DNA of 64,000 bases from Promethearchaeota archaeon (GTDB taxonomy: Archaea; Asgardarchaeota; Lokiarchaeia; Sigyniarchaeales; SOKP01), in assembly GCA_048940445.1 (NCBI GenBank), contig JBHLON010000007.1, positions 28,663 through 92,662 on the forward strand, in the 5' to 3' direction. The number at the start of each line of letters is the position of its first letter. The stretch's first letter is position 1. The notes beneath the pieces are model-generated. The model was not told where the DNA came from. It made no database searches and worked only from the letters and a program-made list of their open reading frames with translations. Shown here one piece after another: positions 1 through 9,957 of the stretch. The translations under genes and the position numbers were made by a program.

Positions 1-94
1 GGTATAAACCCGCATTATGAAGATTTAATAATACTGTTGTCATACCAAATCCCATGAGGCCGAGAGGTGCTGGATTTGCCAATTCATCACTCAT
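1..94 (-). CDS. satP: GPR1/FUN34/YaaH (SatP-type) acetate uptake transporter, N-terminal part (runs off window)
   Basis: Not in ORF track. Minus strand from ATG at 94 reads [31 protein letters not shown], which contains the family signature NPAPLGL. Confidence 0.9.
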   Translation of the reverse strand, partial: MSDELANPAPLGLMGFGMTTVLLNLHNAGLY

Positions 95-313
95 TTTAAT
101 TTCACAATTAGTAATTTTGAATATTATGATCCTTATCTATGTAAAAATTATTACAAAGTTAAAAAGATTATATTAATCTTATATAAAAAAACAAAAATAA
201 GAAAAGTTAAGATATTAGAATCTATAACTTCTTTCTTTTTTATTTCATTATCTATTATGTAAAAAAGTGTTCTATGTTATTTTTTTAAATAGGATTAGGT
301 CGTATTTGTTACT

Positions 314-2011
314 ATGAGTCCATTTATTCTTTCAAAAAAGAGAATTATTTTAATCTGTATCTTTTCAACCATTTTTATAATCGGTACTATCTTTATTTTT
401 ATAACTCCATTTAGCGTAAAAAGCACCTATGGGCTTACAACTACTACTACTGATGGTGTAACAATTGCCTTCAATGTATTTGAACCTCAAAATGGCGGAA
501 TAAACAAACCAGCCTTCATAATAGGGCATGGGATCATGGCTAATAAAGAAATGTTAAAAGACTATGCAATTGAGTTAGCTACGACAGGATTTGTGGCAAT
601 TCCTTTCGACTTTAGAGGTCATGGTCAAAGTTCAGCAGGAGATCCTGATGGTATGTTTAGAGATATCATTGCAATTAAAGAATACTTAAACACTAGAGGC
701 GACGTTAACATGAATTCATTAGGTTATATAGGATATAGTATGGGAGGATTAGGTCAGGGTCTAATTAATAATGACACTGACTTTATTTGCTTTATTGGAG
801 TAGGTACTGGGTTATATAACAGTACTAAGCTTAGATTAGGTAATTCAACAAATCCATTGGACATCCTTATGATTCAAGCTTTATTCGATGAAGCCGTTGA
901 GCTAGATGGATTAAAAATGAATTTAGCAACGCGGATAAACGTTCCTTCTGCGAATGATGTCAATGTAAATAAGATTTATGGTTCATTTAATGAAGGTAAT
1001 GCTACAATGATTTATTTAGATGACGATAGTAATCATTTAAAAGTTGCGTGGGATGTTGACTTTATACGATTAGCGAGAGATTGGGCAATTAATTCTTTTG
1101 ATATTAACGTAATTGATGAAAATTTTTATGCAAATACAAGAGCAATTATCTTATTAATACAAGTTATCGGTGGGATGGGATTCTTCTTTATAATAATCGA
1201 ACCTTTTTCAAAGTTAATAGTTCAGTCAAAAAAAGAGAGAAAAAGAGGAGTAGACATAGATTCATATAAAATTGAATCAACAAGCCTAACTGTAAAAAAC
1301 TTATCAATAAAAGCGTTTGTTTATTCTCTAGTGTTTGGCATTCCAGGGATTTTAATTTTTATACCCCTCTTATTGATTTTACCCTTAGCAATAGCTGGTT
1401 TTGCATTAGCATTGTTATTTGGTCAAACTTTTGGATTTATTGTTTTATTGTGGAGAATTGGTAAAAAAGTAAATACATCACTAATAGAAATGATCACAAA
1501 CGTATTCAAAGGAACTACCAGATTTTTAAAGCACTTAGCCTTAGGTACCATTCTTGCAGCCATATTATATATTATCGCATACTTGTCTGTGGGATTAAAT
1601 TATTTCGCATTATTGCCTTCGATAAATAAATTTTGGATATTACCTATCTATTTCGTTATTCTATTTTTTATAAACATAATATATTCTCTATTAATGCAAG
1701 TTATAATTCAAAATAAATACCTAGATTCACTCCAGAATACATTGAAGATATTTATTATAGGGCTGATATTACCATCCTCTTACTACTTTATTTACCTTTT
1801 AATCTTGGGGTTTATCTTGAGAAGTTTCTTTTTCCTTGGAATCTTTTTCCCTATAGCTTTAATTCTATTTATGGTTAATTCATCTACATCAATAATGGTT
1901 TATAAAAAGTCGGGTAACATTATTGCTGGAGCTGTGATTAATGCTATTTTAGTTGCTTTCATAATTGTGACTATTTCTCCATCGTTTGTAGGTTTAGCAT
2001 TTTTCTTATAA
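314..2011 (+). CDS. Membrane-anchored alpha/beta hydrolase with multi-TM C-terminal domain
   Basis: HG oxyanion motif, DFRGHGQS, nucleophile elbow GYSMGG; N-terminal TM and about 8 C-terminal hydrophobic helices. Confidence 0.8.
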   Translation: MSPFILSKKRIILICIFSTIFIIGTIFIFITPFSVKSTYGLTTTTTDGVTIAFNVFEPQNGGINKPAFIIGHGIMANKEMLKDYAIELATTGFVAIPFDFRGHGQSSAGDPDGMFRDIIAIKEYLNTRGDVNMNSLGYIGYSMGGLGQGLINNDTDFICFIGVGTGLYNSTKLRLGNSTNPLDILMIQALFDEAVELDGLKMNLATRINVPSANDVNVNKIYGSFNEGNATMIYLDDDSNHLKVAWDVDFIRLARDWAINSFDINVIDENFYANTRAIILLIQVIGGMGFFFIIIEPFSKLIVQSKKERKRGVDIDSYKIESTSLTVKNLSIKAFVYSLVFGIPGILIFIPLLLILPLAIAGFALALLFGQTFGFIVLLWRIGKKVNTSLIEMITNVFKGTTRFLKHLALGTILAAILYIIAYLSVGLNYFALLPSINKFWILPIYFVILFFINIIYSLLMQVIIQNKYLDSLQNTLKIFIIGLILPSSYYFIYLLILGFILRSFFFLGIFFPIALILFMVNSSTSIMVYKKSGNIIAGAVINAILVAFIIVTISPSFVGLAFFL

Positions 2012-2129
2012 ATTTCAAAAATTTTTTTTAATTTTAATCTTTCAAAATTTAAATTAATAAGTTTAAAATGTTATATAGTATGGTGAATTTATTAATTAAA
2101 ATACAGACAAACTAGAAATAATATTAATT

Positions 2130-2501
2130 ATGTCCTCAATTAAAGGATTTCTTTGGAGTTTAGTATTTTTATTAACAGCTGGGATTTATGGTTCGATACC
2201 CACCTATTTAATGGTTGAATACTGGCAGTGGTTAAATTCATTTACAACACCAACTGGAACACCAGTGTACACAATTCCCCTGTTTTTATTATTTCTGTGG
2301 ATAATCTCGTTAGTAGTTACATTAATTTATCTTGTAGCAATGATGAGAGCAATTATACAAAGAAAGAATGAGGATTTAGGAATTCCTAGAGGTGTAAAAG
2401 GTTTTGGCCTTATATCTTCAATACTAGTAATTTCATTTATGGTTATATGGTATATATTATTTCAACAAATTGCTTTTTTTTCTATGGCGTCTCCTCTATA
2501 A
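2130..2501 (+). CDS. Small hypothetical membrane protein (3 TM)
   Basis: 123-aa ORF with three hydrophobic segments; no recognised motif. Confidence 0.6.
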   Translation: MSSIKGFLWSLVFLLTAGIYGSIPTYLMVEYWQWLNSFTTPTGTPVYTIPLFLLFLWIISLVVTLIYLVAMMRAIIQRKNEDLGIPRGVKGFGLISSILVISFMVIWYILFQQIAFFSMASPL

Positions 2502-2526
2502 TCATAAACGCCACAAAACCTCTCAA

Positions 2527-3705
2527 CTATTCTAATGAAAGAGGATATTCACCGAACTCTCTTGTTGCTTCAACCATCCAACGCAAATTTTGAACTTTTA
2601 CAGCAGGATGCATATTAGCAGCACTAACAATAAAGCCTCCTCCTGCACCAGCTGTTTTAATCGCATTTTTAACAGCATCTAAAACTTCTTGTTTGGTTCC
2701 ATAAGTCAAAGTGTGAGCAATATCAATATTTCCCATAAGGCACAATTTATCACCTACTTTTTTCTTCACTAGACCTAAATCAACTCCTGCTGTAGGTTCA
2801 AGAGAATGAAGCCCATCAAATCCACAATTCACGATAAAATCCAATAAGGGAGTTATGTGCCCATCGGTGTGAAGTACTATTTTTCCTCCTCGCTCATGAA
2901 CAGTATCAGTAATTATTTTATATGCCGGTAAAAGTAGTTCTGTGAACTTTTTAGGACTCATCATAGGACCAGTTTTATAAGCTAGATCTCCTGATTCAAC
3001 AAATACTTCAGCACCAGCTTCCATATAACTCTTGTATAATTCTGCCGTGAATTGAGCCAAAGTGATATGTACTTCTTTAATAAATCGCGGGTCTTTTCTT
3101 ACCATCCTCGCATAGAAAGACCACCCTAATCCTTGTGAAGCAGATTCGAAGGTTCCTAAGTAATCGTTTGTTACGATTACAAAAATTTTATCTTTATGTT
3201 TTTTATTAATCCGTCGGAAAAACTTTTTAGCCATTTTTTTATACTTACTAAGAGTAGGCCCCTCTAAATTGCCTTTGATGTCTTTCCATGCTTCTTTGCT
3301 ATTAACAGTGCCATGGATGTAATAGGGATTAAAATTCCCCTCATTGTTTAATACTTTCCACACTCTACCAAAGATATCTCCTAAAAGAAATTTATCATCT
3401 TTTTGTTCTTCTAAAACATAAAAAGGGATAATTCCTACTTGCATAACATCTAAACCAATAGTAGCAGCGGCCTCTACACATCGAGAAAAAACTGAAATTT
3501 CGATACCTTCAATTAAGTTACTCATTTCATCTATCCATCCTTCAGGATTATGGATTCTTACTTTTTCAAGGGTTTCAAAATCATCAATTTGAGGTTTACC
3601 AAGAATTTCATCAACATTGTTAGCATCAATTAAGATTGTGTGACAAGGAACTCGATCTGGTTCTTCTAAGTTTAAAGTAGTAAGAACTCTTTCTCTACAG
3701 TCCAT
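2527..3705 (-). CDS. Uroporphyrinogen decarboxylase family / MtaA-CmuA-like methyltransferase
   Basis: MDCRERVLTTL..EPDRVP start, DLAYKTGPMMSP, LHTDG, LMGNID, GGGFIVS. Confidence 0.8.
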   Translation of the reverse strand: MDCRERVLTTLNLEEPDRVPCHTILIDANNVDEILGKPQIDDFETLEKVRIHNPEGWIDEMSNLIEGIEISVFSRCVEAAATIGLDVMQVGIIPFYVLEEQKDDKFLLGDIFGRVWKVLNNEGNFNPYYIHGTVNSKEAWKDIKGNLEGPTLSKYKKMAKKFFRRINKKHKDKIFVIVTNDYLGTFESASQGLGWSFYARMVRKDPRFIKEVHITLAQFTAELYKSYMEAGAEVFVESGDLAYKTGPMMSPKKFTELLLPAYKIITDTVHERGGKIVLHTDGHITPLLDFIVNCGFDGLHSLEPTAGVDLGLVKKKVGDKLCLMGNIDIAHTLTYGTKQEVLDAVKNAIKTAGAGGGFIVSAANMHPAVKVQNLRWMVEATREFGEYPLSLE

Positions 3706-3833
3706 AATTTTACACGATTGTAAAAATAAGTTTAATAAAAAGACCAGTTTAGCCTTTTTAGTATATATTTTTATTTGTTCAATATAAAGATTTACTTTTT
3801 AATTGATTGAATAAAAATAGTATCATAAAGTTT

Positions 3834-5057
3834 TCATTTTATTAATTTGAGAGAATTTGTAAGAATTATGGGATTTTTAATTAAAAATCTAAATAAAAAC
3901 AAGAATATAAATGGATTTCTAAGCATTTTTATTACAATATTTTTTGGAAAATCCATATCTCCATATATAGATATTAATTTTTCTATTTTATAGCGCTTAA
4001 TTATGTTAAAAAAAACTTTAAAATCTTTATTAGAAAGTCTCATTAAAATAAGACGGAGTAAATAATGAATTTTTAACTCTCTACCTATTGATTTTTTACA
4101 TGGTATTTCATAATGTTTCTTAATAAATTTTTTTGAAAAGTTGTTTCTGATAAAACATAATTTTATACAATTACATGCTATCTTTGCGGCTTTTAGAAGC
4201 ATTATAATTCCCCCTCCAGTAGTTGCTTTAACCTGTCCAGCTGCGTCTCCAAGTAAAAAACCATTATTAAAAGCTAATTTGTTCATAAATCCAAATGGTA
4301 TAATACCTCCTTGTTGGTCTAATTTATGCTCAAATTTTAACCCTAATTTTTTTAAATAGAATTCAAAATTTTTCTTTAACTTTGAGCAAGTAGCTAGTCC
4401 TATTCGGTAGATATTATCTCCCTCAGGAACAATCCATCCAAAAAGTTCTTTCCATCTTTGATGAAAATACAATACAGCTTCATTCTCATCAAACTCTCCA
4501 CTAATACGAATTTGAATCGCATAAATAATTTTATTCTTGACACTTATTAACTTTCCTACTCTGCTTAAGGGTCCATCACATCCTATTATCATTTTAGCTT
4601 TAATCAATCGTTTGTCTGTAGTGATAAATAACTCTTTTTGGGCAATTTCCTCTCTAAATTCAAAATTCTTGAATTTTTCATTTAAAAAGTATGTGATATT
4701 TGATTTATCTTTGATCTTATAATAAAATAGGCGATCTAATGCTACACGATCAATTATATATGGATTATCTGAACCCGAAAGTCTGATAAATTTCCCTTTT
4801 GGAGCAACAATTCTTGCAATCTTAACACGATTTAATATTATGTTTTTTGGGATATTAATAAGATTTGTCAACTTTTGAGAAATAATTCCAGCACATTGAA
4901 ATGGTAATCCAATATTAGAATGCTCTTCAATAATACAAATCTTCAAATTAGAGTTTGCTAATAAATAAGATAAATAATTGCCTGCAATGCTTCCACCTAT
5001 AATACAGATATCAAAATATTCAAAAGTATTATCCATTAACAGATAATATTTTAACAA
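3834..5057 (-). CDS. Geranylgeranyl reductase family FAD oxidoreductase (DGGGPL reductase-like)
   Basis: IIGGSIAG, PFQCAG, GCDG, FGWIVP, GDAAGQVKATTGGGI. Confidence 0.85.
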   Translation of the reverse strand: MLKYYLLMDNTFEYFDICIIGGSIAGNYLSYLLANSNLKICIIEEHSNIGLPFQCAGIISQKLTNLINIPKNIILNRVKIARIVAPKGKFIRLSGSDNPYIIDRVALDRLFYYKIKDKSNITYFLNEKFKNFEFREEIAQKELFITTDKRLIKAKMIIGCDGPLSRVGKLISVKNKIIYAIQIRISGEFDENEAVLYFHQRWKELFGWIVPEGDNIYRIGLATCSKLKKNFEFYLKKLGLKFEHKLDQQGGIIPFGFMNKLAFNNGFLLGDAAGQVKATTGGGIIMLLKAAKIACNCIKLCFIRNNFSKKFIKKHYEIPCKKSIGRELKIHYLLRLILMRLSNKDFKVFFNIIKRYKIEKLISIYGDMDFPKNIVIKMLRNPFIFLFLFRFLIKNPIILTNSLKLIK

Positions 5058-5079
5058 GGAATTAGAATTTTATTATTAA

Positions 5080-6111
5080 TCAAGAATAAAGCTTAAAGAA
5101 TCTTAAATCTCCTTCCGGGATTGGACGATAACCTAATGATATCATCATCCCATAAACGAGTGCAAGAACCATTCCTTTGAAAACAGAGTCTTTTTTTAGA
5201 TTCAAATCTGTTCTAGAAGTTAATAATGGCAAAACTTTATTTACAATATATCGTGTTTCATTCTTTTGCTCATGATACTCTCTTATTTTTGTTTCGAATA
5301 AATTCATAAAACTTTCATGTTCTAATAATATTTTCTGAACATTCTCTTGACCGTTTATTATCCCAAAATGTCCAAAGCCAGCTCTTTTGGGTCTTAACTT
5401 TTTTAAATGCTCAAGAGTCCTCATATATTCAGTATGGTTATAATAAATGGGCATTGAGACAGGCATAGTACACAATTTTGATGAATGATAAATAGTACCT
5501 ACAGCTTCGCCTAAAAAAATGAAATCTATTTTATTATTTTTTAAAAAAAAAGCAGATTGATGATCTGGGGCATGACCTGGGGTTTTAAGTATACCTAATT
5601 TAATTTCATCTTCATTTACATAGAAATTATCAATAGTTTCAAACTTATCAGTATTACTATCGAAAATATTGCTCGGTTTTATAATTTCAAAAGCTTTCTC
5701 TTCGATTTTTTCCATTTTTCCAACAAAGTTACCATAAGTTCTTCTTGCTCGATTAAGATGATGCTCATAATCATTAAGTAACTTCATTGTTTTTTGATTA
5801 GTTAAGATTTTAACATCTGGATTATGTTTCTTCAAAAAATTGTAAACTAAATACATCCCTCCAGCATGATCAAAATGATGATGAGACGTTATCAGATACT
5901 TGAAAGAACTAAGAGGAATTTCATTCTTTTTGATATAATCTATAAGGTTCTTCGCATCTAAAGAACTTCCACAGTCTAAAAGAATGCTGCCATTGTCAAA
6001 TTCTCCGATATAAGCAGACAACATTTTTGATTTCCCATATGATCTTAAATCAATATGATGAAGGTATGCATTAGTTTTCCCAGAACTAATCGTTATTAAA
6101 TCTTGTTTCAT
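5080..6111 (-). CDS. MBL-fold metallo-hydrolase
   Basis: SHHHFDHAGG (HxHxDH), TPGHAPDH, GFGHFG. Confidence 0.85.
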   Translation of the reverse strand: MKQDLITISSGKTNAYLHHIDLRSYGKSKMLSAYIGEFDNGSILLDCGSSLDAKNLIDYIKKNEIPLSSFKYLITSHHHFDHAGGMYLVYNFLKKHNPDVKILTNQKTMKLLNDYEHHLNRARRTYGNFVGKMEKIEEKAFEIIKPSNIFDSNTDKFETIDNFYVNEDEIKLGILKTPGHAPDHQSAFFLKNNKIDFIFLGEAVGTIYHSSKLCTMPVSMPIYYNHTEYMRTLEHLKKLRPKRAGFGHFGIINGQENVQKILLEHESFMNLFETKIREYHEQKNETRYIVNKVLPLLTSRTDLNLKKDSVFKGMVLALVYGMMISLGYRPIPEGDLRFFKLYS

Positions 6112-6204
6112 GTAAAAGAAAATAAAATATTAAATTTGAATTATTTCATTTCAAAAGAAAATCATTTTAAAAGAATAGGTTTTGAATTTTAAAAAATAGA
6201 GTTT

Positions 6205-8385
6205 TTATAAATTTAATTTCTGCTTCCAAAATTGCATTTTCATTTTTAAATCCTCTTTCTCAGACTGACTTAAAATATAAGTTTTTCCCCGAATGTCATT
6301 ACTTGTATTATTAATATTTTTCAATACGCTATTGTATCCCTCTTTATTAATGTATTCAGTTTGAAATTTTTCTAATGCTTTAGAAAGCTCTAAACCCGTC
6401 ATACTTTCAAGTCCTTCTAAGATTAAATCAAATTGTTTTGATAAAAGAGATTTTGCTTCTGTAGTTTGGACTTCTTTTAATGGTTCTTCCATTACTTTTG
6501 GCTTTTGAGCAATTGGTTCCACCTTTACAGCAGGTGTTGGGGTGGTGGGTTTTTCTAATATCTGGCGTTTTACTTCATGAACCACCTCTTTCCTTGCACC
6601 TAACCAGGCTTCCTCGAGTATTGGTACAAAAATCTTGATGTGTTCTTCAATGATACTTCCTACTCCAGCAATTTCTGTGACAATATCTCCTCTTACTTCG
6701 GTTTTATTAAGCACACATACTACTACAGATTCATAATCCTTATTTATACCCCATAAGTTTTGTAGCCCCCTGTGTCTGTAATCAACATTATCCATTTTAT
6801 CAAATTGTTCAATGATAGATAGATGATTAGGATTTGATAAGTCAATGCTAGTCGCTATTCTAAAGTTTATATGAGAAGGTCGATCTTTAATTGCTTCAAT
6901 ATCAATATCATCTAACTGAGGAGCTACAATTAACACTCGCATTTTAGCTTTTAAGATTTCATCATTAATATGAGCTTTAGCACTTTCAGGTGATCTTATA
7001 AACCAAATATCCTTCATCGTAAAACCGGCACCTTTTTTTGCTTGTTCCCAAAATTCGCTTGTAACTCTCTCAGATACTTCTAGCTTTTGTAAGATATCAT
7101 CTAATGTGGTGTTTAATGTAGAGACAATTTGATTGGAAAAAACATCTCTCATATCACCAAAAGATTCCAAAACACCTCCAGAGATACCCTCAATTTTTTC
7201 CTCAGCAGCTTGCACTGCCTTATTAAAATTTTCAGCGATATCCGAATAAATTTTTTCTTTATCCTCTTCTACTTTTGATGCAAGCCCATCTATATTTTTC
7301 ATCGTACTTTGCAATGAATCTTTTAATTTATTGATAATTTCAGGATCAATACCTGTAGAGACTTTTTTCAGCTCATCTGAGAAAGCCATCTGGCTGACAC
7401 TTAGTTGAACATTTACAGCATCAGTGATTTCTTTTAATCTAGAATCTATTATTTTTTCAAGGACTTGATCAACTGTTTGTTGGATAACACCTAATCGAAG
7501 TTTCTGTAGATTCGAAGATACGGTTGATTTAATATTATCAAATTCACTTTTTAAATCTGACAACTGACCTTTAATAATTTGATTTGTCTTCTTATTAATC
7601 TCTTCAAATTTTGTTGACATATCCCCTAACTGATCTGTTGGTACAGTTGTAGTTGCTCCTTCTAATTTTGATATATCTTCAGTTATACCTCGAATTTGAT
7701 CCATGACTGCCATTGTCTCATCAAACTCTTTTTTCTGAGAGCGAATCTGAGAAAGCATTGTATCTTTAAGTTCTTTCATTAATTTTGTAGAGTCTGTAGG
7801 CACTGCTTTACTTGGAGTCGTTTCGATTGTTGTAAATGTTTTATTTAATTGGATAGGTATGCTGGATTTAATATCAGATATATATTTATGAAACTTTTTT
7901 AATTGTCCAATTAAAGCCGCATAAGGGGGTAAAGCTGTATAATGAGGCTTAGCTCCAACAATTTCCTTGAATAAACCTTTTTCTACAAATCTTTTTGCGA
8001 TGCCCTCACATAACTCTTTCGGTTTATTAATTAATAGAGCCATTTCACCTATAGATACAGCTTCTCTTCCAGTGGTTCTGAAATATAATTCAATTTCTTC
8101 ATCATTTAATCCAAGTTCACCTAATACTTGTCTTGTTAACTCTTCAGAATATGAAACATCTTCTCTCTGCACTACATCCTTAATTTCGAAATTTTCTACT
8201 TCTAAGTATTGATTTAGATAGACAATTAATTTATGAGGTGGGTCTCCATGCAAACTTTCTTTTTTGATTGGAAATTTTGTAACCGCTTTATATTCATCAA
8301 CAGTAACCTTAAATTTAATTTCTTTTAAACACACCTTACAAGAATAAGGAATTTCAATTTGTTCTTTATCTTTAAATAAATACAT
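6205..8385 (-). CDS. Multidomain protein: Zn-binding N-terminus, TrmB-like HTH, long coiled coil, TrmB/PLD-like C-terminal domain
   Basis: CKVC..H..H N-terminus; ELGLNDEEIELY...KRFVEKGL...KPHYTALPP resembles the TrmB HTH; heptad-rich middle; AKMRVLIVAP resembles the start of the TrmB effector domain. Confidence 0.55.
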   Translation of the reverse strand: MYLFKDKEQIEIPYSCKVCLKEIKFKVTVDEYKAVTKFPIKKESLHGDPPHKLIVYLNQYLEVENFEIKDVVQREDVSYSEELTRQVLGELGLNDEEIELYFRTTGREAVSIGEMALLINKPKELCEGIAKRFVEKGLFKEIVGAKPHYTALPPYAALIGQLKKFHKYISDIKSSIPIQLNKTFTTIETTPSKAVPTDSTKLMKELKDTMLSQIRSQKKEFDETMAVMDQIRGITEDISKLEGATTTVPTDQLGDMSTKFEEINKKTNQIIKGQLSDLKSEFDNIKSTVSSNLQKLRLGVIQQTVDQVLEKIIDSRLKEITDAVNVQLSVSQMAFSDELKKVSTGIDPEIINKLKDSLQSTMKNIDGLASKVEEDKEKIYSDIAENFNKAVQAAEEKIEGISGGVLESFGDMRDVFSNQIVSTLNTTLDDILQKLEVSERVTSEFWEQAKKGAGFTMKDIWFIRSPESAKAHINDEILKAKMRVLIVAPQLDDIDIEAIKDRPSHINFRIATSIDLSNPNHLSIIEQFDKMDNVDYRHRGLQNLWGINKDYESVVVCVLNKTEVRGDIVTEIAGVGSIIEEHIKIFVPILEEAWLGARKEVVHEVKRQILEKPTTPTPAVKVEPIAQKPKVMEEPLKEVQTTEAKSLLSKQFDLILEGLESMTGLELSKALEKFQTEYINKEGYNSVLKNINNTSNDIRGKTYILSQSEKEDLKMKMQFWKQKLNL

Positions 8386-8410
8386 TTTTGCAGATCATCT
8401 CATTTTATTT

Positions 8411-9667
8411 TTAAAATACAACTTTTTCAGGATACGACACTTCTAATAAATCTAATGCTTTTTTTGCTACTTCATATGTTATTTTTCCATCAGAATCTTC
8501 TTGTCTATAGGCTTCTCTAATTTTAGGGAGCAAATACTCTGGGAATATAGTTAAAGGTTTAATATCTGTTAAAAGTAAAATCCAGCTTCTCTTATTTTCA
8601 TCTTTAATCTCAGTGATTACGTTAATCTTTTTAAGATTATCAAGCAATATTTCAGTTACAGCAAATTCACTAAAGATTTTAGGAATTTTATCAAGGGGGT
8701 AATGGTTACTGCGGAGCAGAACGAAGAAGTCATAGATATCAGGATTTAATAATATGGCTGCAAGTCGTTTGATTTCTTCAACTGGTTCAGTATAAGGGTC
8801 ATAATGGGCGAAAAAATCTATTGCCTTTTGTTTATAAGGTTCCAATAACTCATTGTTAGTATCTTTGAAATGTTTTAGAAGATTTTCATTTGGTACGCGT
8901 GAAAACATTATATCTTTTACCAAAAATAAATATTCACCTTGATTCCTGATGACTCCTGTCTTTTTATCTTTTTCCCCTTTAATCCAATCACGCCTCACTA
9001 GATTTAATTCAAGAAAAGGACGTAGAAGGATATCAATATTCGCTGTAGGTTTCATCTTTTCAACTATCTTTTTCATTTCATCCTTTGATATTGGTCGTTT
9101 TCTGAGAGTCTCAAGAATTTTTAATCGTTCATTACTGTTATAAATTAATGCAACTTTCTGTAATCTATCTAATTGACTTAAACGCTCAATTTGAAAGATT
9201 GTATATTTTAATTCATTCATTAATCGGATATTTACATTAGAGATTAGGTCGATCTGTTTAGTATTTGTTGCTTTAGTTAACTTTTCAAAAATGACATCTA
9301 AACGTTTAGCCATATCCTTGAGTATATCCTCAAATAATTCGATTTCATCGTCTAATTCAAAAATTGCTATTGTAAGATATTGAGTTCCATCTGGAAGTTG
9401 TTTAAAATAAGACACTACTTGATAAGGTGTTTCTTTTAATTTCCCTTCATAAAAATTGCTGAAACCATATTTTGTTCCATAAATTCCAGTAGTATGTTGA
9501 TAAAAAGTCGCAAAGATATCATTCTGTATAATCAATTCTAAATAATTGTTTTCATTAAACTGTTCATTTTTAAAAACTAATTGAATAGGGCTGAATTCAG
9601 GATTTATCTCACCAGTAGTTTCATTTTGATTTAATAAAAAATTAAAACTTAATATTCCTTGAATCAT
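8411..9667 (-). CDS. Hypothetical protein with possible longin-like N-terminus and winged-helix domain(s)
   Basis: 418-aa ORF; RLKILETLRKRPISKDEM...LLRPFLELNLV is wHTH-like; likely co-transcribed with 6205-8385 (25-bp gap). Confidence 0.5.
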   Translation of the reverse strand: MIQGILSFNFLLNQNETTGEINPEFSPIQLVFKNEQFNENNYLELIIQNDIFATFYQHTTGIYGTKYGFSNFYEGKLKETPYQVVSYFKQLPDGTQYLTIAIFELDDEIELFEDILKDMAKRLDVIFEKLTKATNTKQIDLISNVNIRLMNELKYTIFQIERLSQLDRLQKVALIYNSNERLKILETLRKRPISKDEMKKIVEKMKPTANIDILLRPFLELNLVRRDWIKGEKDKKTGVIRNQGEYLFLVKDIMFSRVPNENLLKHFKDTNNELLEPYKQKAIDFFAHYDPYTEPVEEIKRLAAILLNPDIYDFFVLLRSNHYPLDKIPKIFSEFAVTEILLDNLKKINVITEIKDENKRSWILLLTDIKPLTIFPEYLLPKIREAYRQEDSDGKITYEVAKKALDLLEVSYPEKVVF

Positions 9668-9957
9668 GTTTGATGTCGCACTCTTAGATTTTAATTTTTT
9701 TCAAATATTTGTTTTCTTATAATAATTTCTTAAGTAATGTATTAAATTAAATTTAACCTATAAGAATATTTAAAATTCATTATTTTATCAAGATTTCTCT
9801 CAAAAGGTTGCAAATAATTTATAATAATAAAAAAATATGTTATATCCTATAATCAAAATAAATAATTTGCCAAGTTAAATTAAAAACATAATTTGTTTAA
9901 GTAGCTTGTTTAATAATATTTAAACTAAATGGAGTTTTATATTTAAAATATTGATTC

